Positions 28,774-43,300 are shown, counted from the stretch's first letter. The stretch: DNA of 64,000 bases from Lingula anatina (GCA_051362555.1 JBPQGU010000016.1:2294001-2358000); one strand, 5' to 3'. Notes: a model not told the origin generated them from the letters alone. Program-made: numbers and translations.

Positions 28774-30872
28774 CGTCGACAGAGGGAGGCAATAAGTATT
28801 AGTCAGTTATAAGTCAAACTAAGTTCATCAAATTCATCGTCTTGCCATAGCTAGTTAACCGTAATCTATGTCGTTACGGCTACGGTTTATGTAATACGTG
28901 TCTTATGGATGTCATGTAAATATAGCTGGCTTTAAACTGATGACCTCTTGGTCGTGGGACTGGCCGTACAGAAATGATACTCATCAATTGCCCAATTATA
29001 ATGCAATTATCTGTGTTTATGCGACTTTTGTATGAATTGCATTAAAGAGAGAGAGGTCATACACATCTCCCGTTCTCTTACTGTCTGTTTAGATGCATTG
29101 ATGCGATAGTTTATGTTCTTTGTATTTGTATAAATTATACTCTTTATGGATGTATGCAATTTCTGTTTTAAAAGTATACGTTATATTTACTGGCTTTTAT
29201 GCACTTGTATCTGAAATATTCCCTGTCTGTGTAATTCTGTTTTAAACAATTTAACTAAAATTGTACCTTTTAAAGCTTTATTGCGGGTCATATCAAATCG
29301 CTCTCATATAAGACAAAAGCAATACTAAATTGGTTAATAATCTGTTGCTAGAGTATGGTACAATGTATTTAAGCATATATATATCTGATATAACTGAAAT
29401 AGTTCGTGGCATATTGTCCGAATGAAATGAAGTATTGAATATAAAGTACGCTAACAGTCAGTTTATTAACAAAAACATTGTCGAAATAATTGAAAAACAA
29501 GCAAATGTAGTTTACAGAAAGACACGTACACGTACATTTATCACATGTAGTGTATCGCAACACTAATTACTTTGGAAAAAAGTAATTGCTAGCAGGGCCA
29601 ACCATAAAGCACAAATAACTGAGCCTCAATAAGAACTCAGTAATAACTCAGTAATAACGTAAGTAGTCTGAGATCTAGTGTCACGCATATCGTATGACCT
29701 TCTGACCTTTGACCTTTGACATGCCAGTACGCCATGGCCTCCTCGGCTTATTAGTAAACAGATCTTCCCCGCGCACAGGTGTTCGTTTTTATCTACATGT
29801 TATTTTGAACTTAAGAAGTGACTCGTGACTTGAGGGAAGCGGGGAACAGATGTGAAGGGAACTGTCGCCGTGTTCCCACATTTAAAACGCGCCCAGAATG
29901 AGACCCACACAAGTTAAAGAGGCCTTTATATGGTGTTATGATTTGGGGTTTACGATGAAACGGCTGACCCTCGTGGGTTTTACTGCTTTATTAAGGGATA
30001 TTGCTTGTTAGCAATGATAACTACAGAATTATTGTCGTTTGTAGTTCCTATTGTAATGATGGGTTTGCACTGGGAGTGCAGGAAGGGAAGCGGTATGAAT
30101 AGTTTGACAAATTGTACAAAACATTATGTTTATGCAAAACTTGAATAATTTGCTTTTTATTTAGAGCTAAGTGATTCTGTATGGTATTTCCTCCAACATT
30201 ACTTATAGGCAGATTTCTATTAAAGTTTTAAAAGGCTATGGAAGCTGTTCTCTCAGACACGAGTCAAATGCACAAATGTGCTTGATGAGTAAGCTGGTTA
30301 CAAGCCCTATAAAAACAAATCTCCTTTCTTTTTTATTCAAAGCAGATTGATTGGTATATGCAGTTATGGTGAGATATTCAAAAGGGTTTCTGGCTCAGGA
30401 TCCTGCCTATAATTATATAAGTTGTTATATCAAAATGCAAAATTAAAATATATATTCAGCAAGATTTCACGGTGTCTGATCAAATGAATATTTTATTTGC
30501 ATAGTTTTTGAATACCATAAAATGACGTAAAATGGCATAAAATATTTTTATACTTATACTACTTATATAATTATATTTCAGTAAGACACACCATCCTACC
30601 TGATAGCATAAAAAAATGGAAGCGATCTAAAGTTGGTGAATACATTAATGGCACGCAAAATGTTTGTATCTAAAAATTAGTACATAAATCTTACACATGT
30701 CTACTTGACCCCGTATATTCCTCGACAAATAATAACTATGAAGGAGACTTTTCCTAAAATGGCTCTGATTGAACAAGTCTTCCTAACGCCATATTTACAA
30801 TACTGACACGTTTATAACTACGTCAAACTAGGCTTCAAAGCATGTTTCTGTCTGTTCCCTTATCGGTTTTGA

Positions 30873-30873
<1 letters not shown>

Positions 30874-30923
<50 letters not shown>
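30874..30923 (+). repeat. poly(A) tract, about 50 nt
   Basis: Direct reading. Confidence 0.9.
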
Positions 30924-30926
<3 letters not shown>

Positions 30927-33900
30927 TAGCTTAATTAGGTATCTTTGCTTGGATATTTTTCACCAATTTCCTCATTGGCACTTCGTGAGTTGCTGGCAAG
31001 AGCTTTAAGTCCATCCCTGTTAAGAGTTCGTAATGGAGACGTCCAGGCGATGCTCATGCTCTTTACACGGCCAAGGCATTTGTTCTGTACCCGGAAAAGC
31101 ACTCGTGTCACGGGGTCAATTTCTTTGACCATACTTAACCGACTGATGATCAGCTTCAGGGGCATATGATGATATTTTAAGAATTATTATTAGAGTAACC
31201 GCTGAACTCGAACAACTATATCTAAAACGGCAAAGTTTAGCGCTAGGGAAATTCGATTGGTTTATTTTTTCTTTCAAAACCACAATATTTGTCATTAATA
31301 TGTTTATTAATATGTCTGCGATGAGAGTGGAAACGACTGATGGATGTCTGTTTAATTTTTATAAAATTGAATGGCTGGGCGTGTTCAGTTACCTGACTGA
31401 CTGACTGAGTGGACTGAAAGATGGATAAATCGACCTATTGCTGACTCGATGTTCATAAAGTTATATTCATTAGTATAAATCCCCAGGCATACGTGTCCAT
31501 ATTAGGCCAACATTGACTGCTTCTGTGCAAGGAAAGTTGAAATTTGAAGCTTTCCCAGCAAGCACTCCACATTGGAACCACGTGGCCAAAATGAAATAGA
31601 TCTTGAAACGTTAGGTACGGTATTGTTCACAAATCTATTATATGACCAAAGCATTGTCAAAGTCACTAAATTTGATATAGAAATCCTCACGTCGTGCATG
31701 TTTTATACAGAATTCGGACAAGTGATTTGGGAATACTTTTTTACCATTGCAAATAGTACATGGGCATTAATAAAAAGGCTGATTAGAGTAAAAAAACACT
31801 CACCGAAGAAAATGAAACTCATAATCTTAACACATGATTTATATGGGGATAATTGATGTCATTTTACGTCTTTCATCTCGGGGTTGTGCAACGCCCTCCC
31901 GTCGTATTTGTATGGTGCGCTTAATTTACAATATGGTTGATTTACGGAGGCTTGTGCGAGTGCAGATTTAAGTGTGCAATAGGTTTTCAATGGTTCTCAC
32001 GTTCCAAACTGACAAATGTCAGACGCGATTTCATAAATAACATAAATTTATTTGTACTGAATCTGTTTTCATCTAGTTTTTTGTCTTATAATTGCGGGGG
32101 TGAGTGAACTGGAATGTGCCTAAATATATACGCACTAAGACACCATAGGTCTCACCGAAAAAGAAAATAAAATAACACGCCTCAAGGCATAATTGAAGTA
32201 AGCTAGCCTGTCTGAAACCATGCGGCAACCCACCCGCCGTCGGGTCTATAGAAAAGAATGCCGTGCGTTGTTATATATGTAAATAAAATATAAACTTTAT
32301 TTCCTACGACGCTGATGTCATCATTTTGTGTTACAATTCGTGGATAAAATAAACCGCCTTTGAAGTGATGCGCTCCTGGCGTTTTTTATAGGGGGTGTTC
32401 TTGGCTCGTTTGTTAAGGAAAGAATCCCCACACCCACATTTGTCCAATCCATATGTCTGTCCCTTGTAAAACATGTTGTGAGCTCGTGCCCTATTCACGC
32501 ACAAACGCCTGAGGGTGTCCTTCTTCGACTAACAAAGAGATCTTAGGCGACATTTGATATTATTTATTCTATGTCCTTCTCTTGTCCTCAAAATGCACTA
32601 TCAAAATTTCCGGGTTTTTCATAATGGGGCGTAACCACGACAGGCACATAGCTAGATTGTTTCCAGTTTTTCTGTTCTTTTGTCTTTGTACGGAATTTTT
32701 TCTCTTATTTTTTTGTATAAAAAAATGCTGAAGTGATGGTTGCGACTATGCATGGAAACTGGTATCAACACCATTCGGTCTGTGGTAGCAAATGGGGAGG
32801 GGGGGGGGCACTTTCATTCATTTACAAGCATCGAGACCCAAAGATTACCGGGCTAAAATGAGATTCTCATTGTCTTAAACACTTCTCCATTGGCACAGAG
32901 ACTCGCTCATCTTATCAACCTCAATTCTGACCAATGGTAGAACCTTCGTGTCCACAGAGGGACAAACTCTTTTCATTAAATTCAATTCTGGCCAATTGAA
33001 GACACGTCAAGACCACTCATTTTGACCATAAGATCCACATCTCAACCAAAATCTATGAAAGATGTTCTGTAAATGAGTCCAAGCTATGACCTCACCAACT
33101 GGTGATTGAGAAAGGATTAGAAAAAACATTGTCCACTTTTCGCCAACCACATTTCTTTATCTTGGCTCAAACACATGAATGGAACAATTTAGAGGAGTTA
33201 AAACGTTGATATCATAGCCGGTGTTAAGAGCAGATGTATTTAATGTATGACAATTGGTCTACTATAGTGTGCAAAACCACCCAGCTATCTCTATAGCTGC
33301 CATTTCCACGTTGTAATACAGTCTATGGTACTTGTTACCTGCGGCGACAGATGGGTTTAAGTACCTTGACAAGAGATAAAAGTCGGGTTTGTTTTCTTTG
33401 ATCAGACTCCAAAAGTATAATTAGGCCTCACTTTGCCGTGTTGTTTTTTAACAGTAATGATAGTAGATAAATGTTTCCCTAGGGGGTAGACGAATGCAAT
33501 ACAAAACGTGTTGAAGCTTAAGTATAGTGGTTCAGGCATGTAAATGTCAATGCAGTTATCCAGCGAAAATGTCCTAAGCCGTCGTACTTATCACCCGTTA
33601 TAAAGATGGCCCATTCTATTCACTCTATATCTTGATGTTTAAGCAGAAATAACAGGTTGGTCGTTAAATGCCGTATAAAATAACACATGATTAGGTAATA
33701 CACCAAACAATTATATAAGTCTAAAATTCTTACTAATATTGTAGAACCTAACAAGACACCTTTAAAGAATAACTACGCGTTTGGCCGGTGTTTGAGGAAA
33801 ATATTTTTGCGACATTTTTAAGCTAAAATTTCATCAGAGGATGCACGTCTATGTCGTCTTGATACAGGAAGTATAGCCATACCCTTCCCATGTGAACTAA

Positions 33901-34849
33901 TGTACTTTCGATAGCACTCGCGGTTTCTTAATGTTCAGCACAACACGAACCTTTACGTACCGATGGTCCATTAAAAATCTATAAAATACTATACGGAAGA
34001 GATTAAGATGAGAGGTGGTCTAAACACACTGTAGGTACACGCATGTCATTGCCAATGTACGTACTTTTTAATGGTTGCCGGTGTACAACAGATACGACGC
34101 ATTTGGAGGCATGAATGGATAAAGAATAGAGTGCTCAGTAGAGGGTTCTTATACTTATCTTGACTATCCGGTTTTACTGAAAGAACTGTGGGGGTCAAAG
34201 AAGGAGGGGGCGTACAACATAATTCATGATTAAGTTTTATTACGCCTTTTTCATTCTTACACATCCCTTTCCTACGTATACCCTGTTTGGCTTGGCTATA
34301 GGCATGAATGAAATTTAGCTCAAAAATTGTTCTAGTATGTGATTTTCTTGAATTCACAATAAAGAGACGAGAACTAATGGGAAACAAACCTCATCATAGC
34401 TGCCTGAAATGCATATTATCACGTACTTCTATTACTCTGTACGGTGCATTTATTTAGCGATTACATTCGAGTAGGCAAGACTCAAGATCACGAAGGTAAA
34501 ATTCCTTCAGACATGATTTATGTAAAAGCCTGAAAATAACGCTGTTAAAACACACCTTCACTACAATAAATTGCTAATTGATTTCCCTTTCCAAAAATAA
34601 ATATGACATTATATTTGGGTTATTAATGTAGCGTTCGGTAATGTTGAAATTATGCAAGTTGATGATTTACGTTCTATACATTTTAATACGAAGGCACAGA
34701 GTGAACACGTGTAGGTATCTGAGAGGGCCCTGGTTTGTGACATATGTCAAACGGATTAACATTTTTATGTTTCCTCTCCCTCTCTCTCTCTCCCTCTTTC
34801 TCGTTTTTTCTCTTGCTCAGTGTGTGTGTTTGTGTGTGTGCTTGAATCT

Positions 34850-36347
34850 TACAGATGGAGAGACATCAATGGTCCTCTTTCTTCAGGCATGCTGGAAAGT
34901 AGATTTCATTGGTTTTGCATGATGTAGGTCGACCACAATAGGGATATCAGAAACAACATAGAATATGTAGAGTTGGATAAGACCACCAAGAAAAGAGCGA
35001 GAGAAGACACCAGTGTTCACGCATAATATGAAGAAGACAGAAGAGACTGCAAGAAGTGGTCTGACAGAAAGACACCAAGAATTATAAAACCATCTGCTTA
35101 TCATCTAACCTGTATAAGTTTTACATCAAGGTCTTGACTCAAAGGCTTACAAGATTCCTGGATGAAGCACAGCAAAAAAAAAAAAAAAAAAAAAAAAACA
35201 AAAAAAAAAAACAGTAAACCACACTGGCAAGCAGCTCAAGGAAAAGTGCTATGACTACAACATTCCACTATGCGTTACCTTTGTTGACAATTAGAAAGCT
35301 TTCGATTCAGTAGATACTTAGTCTATATTAGAATCATTAAAAGACCAAGGGATTGAGGATGGTTGCAGATTCTCAAAGATACATGTATACTGATTGCTCT
35401 GTGACTACACACACAGACAAAGGAAATCAAGACCAAAAAGGGTGTTCGTCAAGGAAATCTCCAAAGCTGTTCACAGCAGCATTAGTAAGAATATTCAAGA
35501 GGTTAGATTGACATGAGAAAAGCATAAACATAGATGGTGCCAGCCTAAACCACCTCAGGTTTGCAGATGATATCATAGTGATAGCAGATGAACCAAACCA
35601 TCTTGAGACAACACCGCAAGTCATAGCAGATGAAAACCTCCCCTGTGGATTAAAAATGAAAACCAGTAAGACAAAGTAAAGTTTGAACCACTAACCATCC
35701 CCTGAACAATAGAGTTCAACAGCATGGAGATAGAAGCTGTATAAGAGTATGTATATCTTGAGCAAAGATTCAGCCTCAGCGACAGAACACTGGAGAAAAA
35801 AGTAAAAAGAAAGCACATGCAGGGTGGGTAGCATTTACAAAGCACAGAGTCATAGTCAAGAACAACCACCCTACTAGTCTGAAAAGGAAAGTGTTCAATG
35901 CATGTGTATTGCCAGCTGTCACCTATGGTTCAGAGACAAGGACAATGAATGCACCCATGGAACAAAAGCTACAAGTAACACAGAGGTCGATAGAAAGAAG
36001 TATGTTGAACAACAAGGTATGAGATAGAAAGACCATTAAGTGGATAAGTAAACAGACCAAGGTGAAGGATGTGCTGCTCACAATTGAAGAAATGAGATGG
36101 AGATGAGCAGGACATATCAGTAGTAAAAGATGACAGATGGACAATAAGGCTGACAGAATGGAAACCAAGATATGGGCATAGGAAACAAGGGAAGCCTCGG
36201 AAGAGATGGATGGATGGATTAGATAAGTACTAAAAAAAAAAAGAAAAAAAAACTGGAAGTGTGAAGCCCGAGACAGAATACACTGGAAGCCGCATGCTGA
36301 GGATTTTGTCCAACAGTGGAACACTTGAAGCTCTGAATGATGATGAA
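34850..36347 (+). mobile_element. decayed, 5'-truncated non-LTR retrotransposon (RTE-like reverse transcriptase)
   Basis: Broken frames still spell FVDNxKAFDSV, KGVRQG..SPKLFTAAL, INIDGASLNHLRFADDIIV, LKRKVFNACVLPAVTYGSET and RWRxAGH, with many stops and frameshifts. It ends in a short (TGA)n tail. The start coordinate is approximate. Confidence 0.88.
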
Positions 36348-38237
36348 TAAGGTCAACCAAGTGCAGCTGACCGCGTTTCCAACCGTTTCGTGAGGTGTAC
36401 TGAATGCCAAGCCGAATAATAAAAAATATGTAGGTTATAGCATGCTGCCTTTGATATGACATCACTTTCTGGTCAAAGGTTCTCCTTGATTACGTCATCC
36501 GGGCATTCATTGGCCAGTTCTTGAATTTTTGGAAGTCTGAAAAGACAGGGTTATTCACCTTTGTCATATTCTTGAATATTTGGCATTCGTCTGAATACCT
36601 ACAACTTATACTTTGATAAAAAATGGGGTTTTTGTGTCTCGAAGGACATTGACATCTGTTTAGAGTTGTAGCACATCTTTTGGTCTGTATAACTCTAATT
36701 CCCAACCCGGCAATCAACTGTCTTCGAACTTTTTTTAGCTTCTACTTACCTACTCATGATATATTACATCAATCAATGGCATTTTTTAAGTTAACTACCT
36801 TTCGCAACTTGGTTCCAAAAGAAAATGTGACAAGCATACTGAATGCTTCGGGGTTGACTATTGATATTTGTCCTTGGTTTATGTTATTTTACTATATGGG
36901 CAGAGAACGATGATGCTTCCTCCTCGTCGTTGCATCATCTTTGTGGGTCTGTAGGTAGTGTTGGTTAGGGGGTTTAAGGGTTAAGCTCGGGGGAGTTCCA
37001 CTCTGAAGCAAAAACCTTATCTAGGTTTTTTGGTTGGGGTCAGAAAGGGGGTTTACTTATCCGCTTGTTCAGTAAAGAAGGCCAGGGCTACTTGAGATTT
37101 CTGAAGACATACCTATGTTTGTGATACCTTAAAGGTGGAACGACCCTTTTAGCAATTATTTTGATGTTTCTCTACTGTTCGTGTATCGGTATGGATTACT
37201 GAGCTTGGCGTTTTTTTTCTATGTTAGGTTCCTCAAAGCACATTGCAATATGAGGTTTATTTAAGTACTAATAGTTATAAAAACATTCGTTGATATCAGT
37301 GCATAACATAACAAATGCTTCATGAAACCAGTTTTATTTTTTTCTTCGCTTTAAAAGTAGTCCCATGATCATTGACGCCATGTTAAATTCTGCTCCCACA
37401 TTTCTCATGGCCTTATTGCTAGCGTTGTTGTTGTTGTTCTCCTTTGATGTAAATGATGTGTAAACACGGAATGTTGCGTTCGTTTCGGTTGACTGACATC
37501 ATAATTTATGTGTGTACATGTTGATGTTTATCACTTTGGTGAGTCACATTTGCTTTTTTTGGTATCCCAAGTTCACGAATTGTTTGATTAATGTTTGTCT
37601 GGATTAATGCGAGTCTTTGAGGTTTGTTTGCTGACATATTTTGATTTGTCGTTTTATGGGTATTGATACCTTGAATTTGATTATTATTTTAAATGTAGAA
37701 TATAATACAGACTGCTGTGTGTATACAAAATCCATTTATGATAATTCTTTTAATGGTTTTAATTTTTTTTCATTTATTAACAATTCAGCACCCAGAGAAA
37801 AGTATTCAGCTTCATTTTGGCCTTAACCTTTAGGCCTTTTCCTTACGTTCAATAATGGCATGTTTATGTAGGCAGTAATTTAAGTCATTATTCAACTTAG
37901 TCACTATTTATTCCACAACACTGTCCCCAAAAATGGGACTGAAGAATTTGGTAACGCAGTTTTCTTTCGTCCATTGAGACTGGGAAGTAACTTATTTATT
38001 ATTTCTTAAATTTATTATTTTTATTTTAAAAGCAAAACAATAATCATTGAATATCTGTATAGGACATCGGACGTACATGTATTTTTTTTCAAAGTAAAGA
38101 TGGTGTAAACCTTGCATTTTTGTCTAAATCTTCATTTCTTTGAATGATTCAATGTGACAGCTGAAGACATTTAATTTTTTGCCTTTGGTATTATGAAAAA
38201 TGAATAAAAATCAAGTGGGATTTTTCTCTTCTTTCAG

Positions 38238-38321
38238 ACAACACGAGCTGTACCACGGGAAGGTCGAATGCACATCATATCCGTGGATGAGTTTGAGAGA
38301 ATGGTAGATTCAGAATGTGAG
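38238..38321 (+). CDS. astacin-like protease, internal exon (TTRAVPREGRMHIISVDEFERMVDSECE)
   Basis: Strong acceptor tttttctcttctttcag|, 84 nt open, donor GAG|gtaaaa, phase 0-0, 424 bp upstream of the EGDI exon. Confidence 0.7.
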
Positions 38322-38745
38322 GTAAAAACAGATTTAAAGATGTAAACTGCTGTTAGAGCAAAAATATTAATTCATTTGAATAGCATTGTAGAGTAAAGGT
38401 TATACACTACTTGTTTACTTTTTTGAGTCGTAAATATTGACTCTGGTTTGATTTTATCTTTAGTTTGTGGATTTGAACGGATTTTTTTTAAAATCAGACT
38501 TAAGTCATGTGATAATATATATATATACCAACGTTCACATTTGTAATCAAATCTTTTTCGTTACTCCAAATATCAACCAAATCTTATGCCTTTTCCAGTT
38601 GAATTTCTAAAAGCCTAGGACAAACATACTCTTACATAATTTTTTTTTACGTATTACAATTTAAGGTCATGGAGATCAGTTTAAGTCATATTTACTCAGA
38701 ATATAACCTGATTGTACTAAACATGCCCAACCATTCACATTGTAG

Positions 38746-38944
38746 AATGCACCAGATGATATAGAGGTCAAGGTCGAGGGCGACATTATGCTCAACAAAG
38801 AAGATGCGTGCGCATATGTCGAGGACTCTCTTCCACTTTATAAAAAGAAAAAGAAACGAAGAAAAAAGAGAAAAATTACCCCCGTGGCATCCAAACGGTG
38901 GGATTTACGTGTACCGATACCTTTCATGTTCGACGGATCGCACG
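38746..38944 (+). CDS. astacin-like protease, prodomain/activation-site exon
   Basis: ttgtag|NAPDDIEVKVEGDIMLNKEDACAYVEDSLPLYKKKKKRRKKRKITPVASKRWDLRVPIPFMFDGSH G|gtacgt. It contains the astacin prodomain (F)EGDI aspartate-switch motif, an RKKR furin site, and the mature-domain start RW..(I)P(Y/F).FD. Confidence 0.9.
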
Positions 38945-39006
38945 GTACGTAATTATAATAACTATAAGGAGTAATTTCTCCTCTAACATGGGTTCATCTG
39001 GTTTTC

Positions 39007-39261
39007 CAGTGACGGATTAAGAGGGGGGGTCAGGGAGTTCTGACCCCCCCCCCCCTTCAATTTCTGGTCCCCTCTTGAAATTAGAATTTTTACTAGCTGA
39101 ACCATAGCTCTAAACCGTACCAAATGACTCTGTTTGCCCTCTAAAATACCAAAAATGTCAAGGCCCTTCAGCGGGCCCCAAGCCCCACGTCAAATTGGGC
39201 GAGAGGGTTGGCTTAGCATCCGCGGACACCCCCCCTTTAAATAATACTGGATCCGCCCCTG
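39007..39261. mobile_element. MITE (CAG(G/T)G(G/A)CGGAT TIR type) in astacin intron
   Basis: CAGTGACGGATT...GATCCGCCCCTG imperfect TIRs with G-run/C-run arms; TSD not clear. Confidence 0.65.
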
Positions 39262-39671
39262 TTTACCCTACCCTTAACAAAATGAAAAGTTATTAGGTAT
39301 ATTAGCAGCAAATGCTTGGCAAATTTACAATAACTTAATGCAAATTAGCAGAAAATTTGCAGCAAATTTGCGAGAGAGTGCGGTAGGCCTGGTATTTTGC
39401 TAAGCGTAGTGCCCTATGATTCTCGGCTGATGATATCGTTAGTTCTCCCATGCATTCGGTACATAGTAAAATGTGTTTCCTAGAGGGATTTAACATTTTG
39501 CTAAAAGCACAGAACAGCTTTGTACCTTAAAATTTCTATTTTTTGTTTCGGTGAACATTTTTTTGATGATGTTTATTTTCGCCATTCAGGTCCGTATAAG
39601 GTCATGCATTGCTTGTTTGCTTCCAAGTGTTGTGGTATGACAATTTCGCAATTCTTTTTTTTAATGTATAG

Positions 39672-39795
39672 ATGGTCCGGAACAGGAGGAAATAAGAGCT
39701 GCAGCAAGACATTGGGAGAGTTTGACTTGTGTACGATTTCAAGAAAAACAGCGTTACGACGGTCGAAAGATTGTGGTATTTAAAAAATTGGATGG
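39672..39795 (+). CDS. astacin-like protease, catalytic domain N-terminal exon
   Basis: tatag|(D)GPEQEEIRAAARHWESLTCVRFQEKQRYDGRKIVVFKKLDG|gtaag. It matches the astacin I..A...W...TC(I/V)RF motif and continues in phase from the previous exon. The HExxHxxGxxH exon was not found in the window. Confidence 0.9.
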
Positions 39796-40071
39796 GTAAG
39801 TGCAAGCATATTGGCACAATATAAAATGTAATGTAAAATATCGAGGTGACACATTTTTCTATTGGTTTTTTCGCGAATGATAGGTAGTAAACAGTGATAC
39901 AAAACAGGATGATAAAAGCTTCAAACTCCACTTATATACAATTCAATGTGTTGGAAAGTCAGCAGATGCCGAATGACCTATCTGGCATTTAGGATTTAAA
40001 CGTTGCATACGATCAACATGAACATCTTGTTTTGTCACTTCCCTTCTCCATCTGTTCACTGCTAATGGGGC

Positions 40072-40150
40072 ATTATTATTATTATTATTATTATTATTAT
40101 AATTATTATTATTACTTATGATATTCATCATTATTTTTTATCATTATTAA
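40072..40150. repeat. (ATT)n microsatellite just before the array boundary
   Basis: Direct reading. Confidence 0.85.
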
Positions 40151-40180
40151 TGACTTATACCATTATTTGATACATTTTTG

Positions 40181-40364
40181 TGGGCCATCTTGGTCAGGCC
40201 AGCTCCCTCCTGAGCAGTGAGTACTGAGGTCAGTACCTGGCCGTGTTCATTGCCCACGTTGGTGCACCAGGCAGCTGAGCCTGCAGCCTCTCCTGCCAGC
40301 TTTTTGGCTACCTGAAAAACGGAGGGGGGAAATATGACACTTAATACATTTTCTTAAAGAAATT

Positions 40365-40396
<32 letters not shown>

Positions 40397-43300
40397 TTTG
40401 TTGTTTTGTTTTCAAAACTGTTCACTGTACAAAGTTTAAGAGAGCAAATCAGAACAAAAACTGTACATACCTTTTTGGTGGAGTCCATCTTCAAGACGGA
40501 TCCAAAGGTGGAGGTCACCTTGGCTTTGATCTCATCAAGCCTCAACAACACGTCACGGACCAGCACAGTTTGTAGCCATGCTGGCCCCGGGAGTCTTTCA
40601 AAGGGTAACGGCTGAAGAGGACTTGTTCTCTGCACAAGGATGAGCTGGCAAACTTGTCTACAACTGAGAGGAAATTGGCTACCCTGCTTAGCCAATCCCT
40701 GGTGTGCTGCTCACACAGTTGCTTACTCAGCCGAGTAGTGCTGTTCCCAAGAGATCGCTCTCTCAGGAGAGAAACTACCCGGGTAGAGCAAGAGTACCTG
40801 CAACAAAGAATCAAGAACAGAATAAGTTATAAATGTAAAGACAGAGTTATTTTGTCCGCTGAAATAGATTTTCAAATGAACTGATATTAAATGCAAGAAT
40901 TCCATAAATTAAAAAAAGAAAAAAAAAGAAAAGTTTTGAAATTACCTGTATGTGAGCAGTGCTGGAAATTTCCCCCTTGTCGCCACGTCCAGCTGTTGGA
41001 GGATTTCCCCACTCCAACCCGCATACTTCTTGTGACAGGCGCCGCACTCCAGGTACTCAGTGCCCATGTAAAAGTAGCCATCGATGTCAAGGACGCGGCG
41101 GACAGTCTTGAAGAAACCGCAGGATGTTAACTGGCGACCCTTGCATGATGGCACAGAGCAAGACAGCTGAGCCCTGAACATGCGGCGTGGCATCCAGAGG
41201 AAGAAGGGGTGGGTGAAGAAAGGCCCTGCTGTTCTAGGGGGCTGGGCGTGGACCAGTCTGGGTGATGGTGGGTGCCACCACAGCTGCAGCTCTTGCTTCA
41301 GTTGGCCCCGGCGGGTGGTAAACAAGGCACGGGAAACCCACTGTGCTTCATGTGGTGGCAGGCTGGCCTTCCATGACAGAGGGATCAGATCAGTGTCATC
41401 CACGGGCACTGGAACAAGTGAAGAGCAATAAGTACAAAATAATAGAGGGGGAAACCTGAAATAAAAGAAAATCATGAACATATATCACACTTTACAAGAG
41501 CTGACATACTTTCTCATTACTTTTAAAAATTACTCATTCTTACTTATCATGTATCTTCTGCATTGGAGGTTATTAAAAGTAACAGATTAATCACTGCTTG
41601 GACTTTGTTTACTTTATGGTCAATAGTTTATCATTTAAATACATCCTCATATCTTTAACCTTATCACCCACAAACAAAAAAAAGTTATTGCATGTTCAGC
41701 TCTTTTATGCTAATCTACAGGCAATACAAACACCAACCACCTCACAGTAAGGAACCCACAGTAATGCAGAAAAAAAAAAAAAGGAAAGCGAAAAAGCGAA
41801 AAAGAAAACAAAACCAAAGTGCTGCTGCTGCTGCTGTGCTGTCACCTTCCAAAACATATAAAAAGAAAACACACCACATGCTACAAGTGTCAGTGAATAA
41901 GCCACGTGTGCATTAATAATAAATAAAACAATAAAACTCTGAAAGCTTGATTTCAAACTCACCAACACCTGTCCTCCAAAGACTGTGAAAAGAAAACAGG
42001 TACAAGAACAATAGAACACTCTTAATGTTTTACATTCTGTTTTACACTATTTTCTTTCATTACACTTTGCGCGATTAATTTTATAAAAAATCTTAAAATT
42101 CACAATCTAAGCTGTGCAGATTTTCATGAAGGAATTCTTCTTGTCATCATCACCTTGCAGGAGGGCTGGGGCGGTATGTGATATGTCACAGACAAAACAC
42201 TTAATGTAAGGTCAGCAGCTAGGAGTTAACTTTTTGCTCACTGAAAATTGACTGGTTAATTTCCAAATTGAATTGACTGGTTAATTTCCAAATTGAATCC
42301 CAGCTGTGACCTCAAATTGTTCATGGAAAAGAAACAAAAAGTCTTTACCTGAATCTGGCAGGGAGCTCTGCCTTTTGGTCTCCTGTTGGGGTATGGTGTC
42401 AGGAGCGGCAGCTGTACTGGTGCCAGCACCAGCTGAGGCAGGGACAGGTAGCTCTGGGCGTTCCAAGTCGCTCACTTCCTCAGGGTCTACGGCTGTCGCT
42501 TTAAATGAACAAAATTAGAATATACTGAAGTAAAAGTGGCAACAACTGTAAAAAGATGTTAGAAAGCTACTCTTAAAACAAGGGTCCTTACGTCAATGAA
42601 ATTACCATGAATTACATTTACCTCTGGTGGTGGGTTTAGGTTTCTTGGCAACGGCGGTGTTGGTGCTGTCTGGGGCAGGAAGGGGGGCGTCCACCACTTC
42701 CACATCCTCAGACTTGGGCAGGGTCGCCGTTGCTGGAAAAAAAAAAAAATGAATAACGGAATAAATACACTGATACAGAAGCACACATCAACTATTAAAT
42801 TTGAAAAAAAAAAAAAAAAAATGTGTGTAATAATACATGTGTCATTTACCTCTTCTTGATTTCTTAAGATTGGGTGTTGGCCCTGGGGGACCAAGCTGTC
42901 TCTTCACTCCAGCTTTGAGCCCTGCTGGTGACAGATGACTGCCGACCATGAGGCTCTGAAGTGAGCTGGAGGATACTGGGACAGGCTTGGCAGGTGGTGT
43001 GGGTTTTGCCTGCCTCTCCTTGGTCTTGGCAGCAATAGCCTCCCGACCCTGGGGGAACAGCTCAAGGTACTCCTATGTGAAGTCAATAAAGGTGATTAAG
43101 ACAGGTACCCTGACAATAAAGGCATTGTCCAATTGAAATGAATGTTAATTACTATCATCTCTTTCAATAATGGAAACTAGTACAACTGATTTATATTACT
43201 GTGTGTGCTAAGATACAAACAATGCGTTGTACCTTTCCTGGGAGGTGACCTTCAGTCCGACTAGTTTGTGTTACAAGACCACTTTAACAATACTAGATAT

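Noticed and set aside
30935-31169. Overlapping 74-76 aa ORFs beside the poly(A) tract as a retrocopy
   Set aside because: No recognisable motif, and the poly(A) is on the wrong side for either ORF to be its tail.
39796-40180. Next astacin exon (GCxSxVG...HE)
   Set aside because: No acceptor followed by a matching open frame; the candidate cag|ATGCCGA at about 39965 hits a stop after 10 codons.
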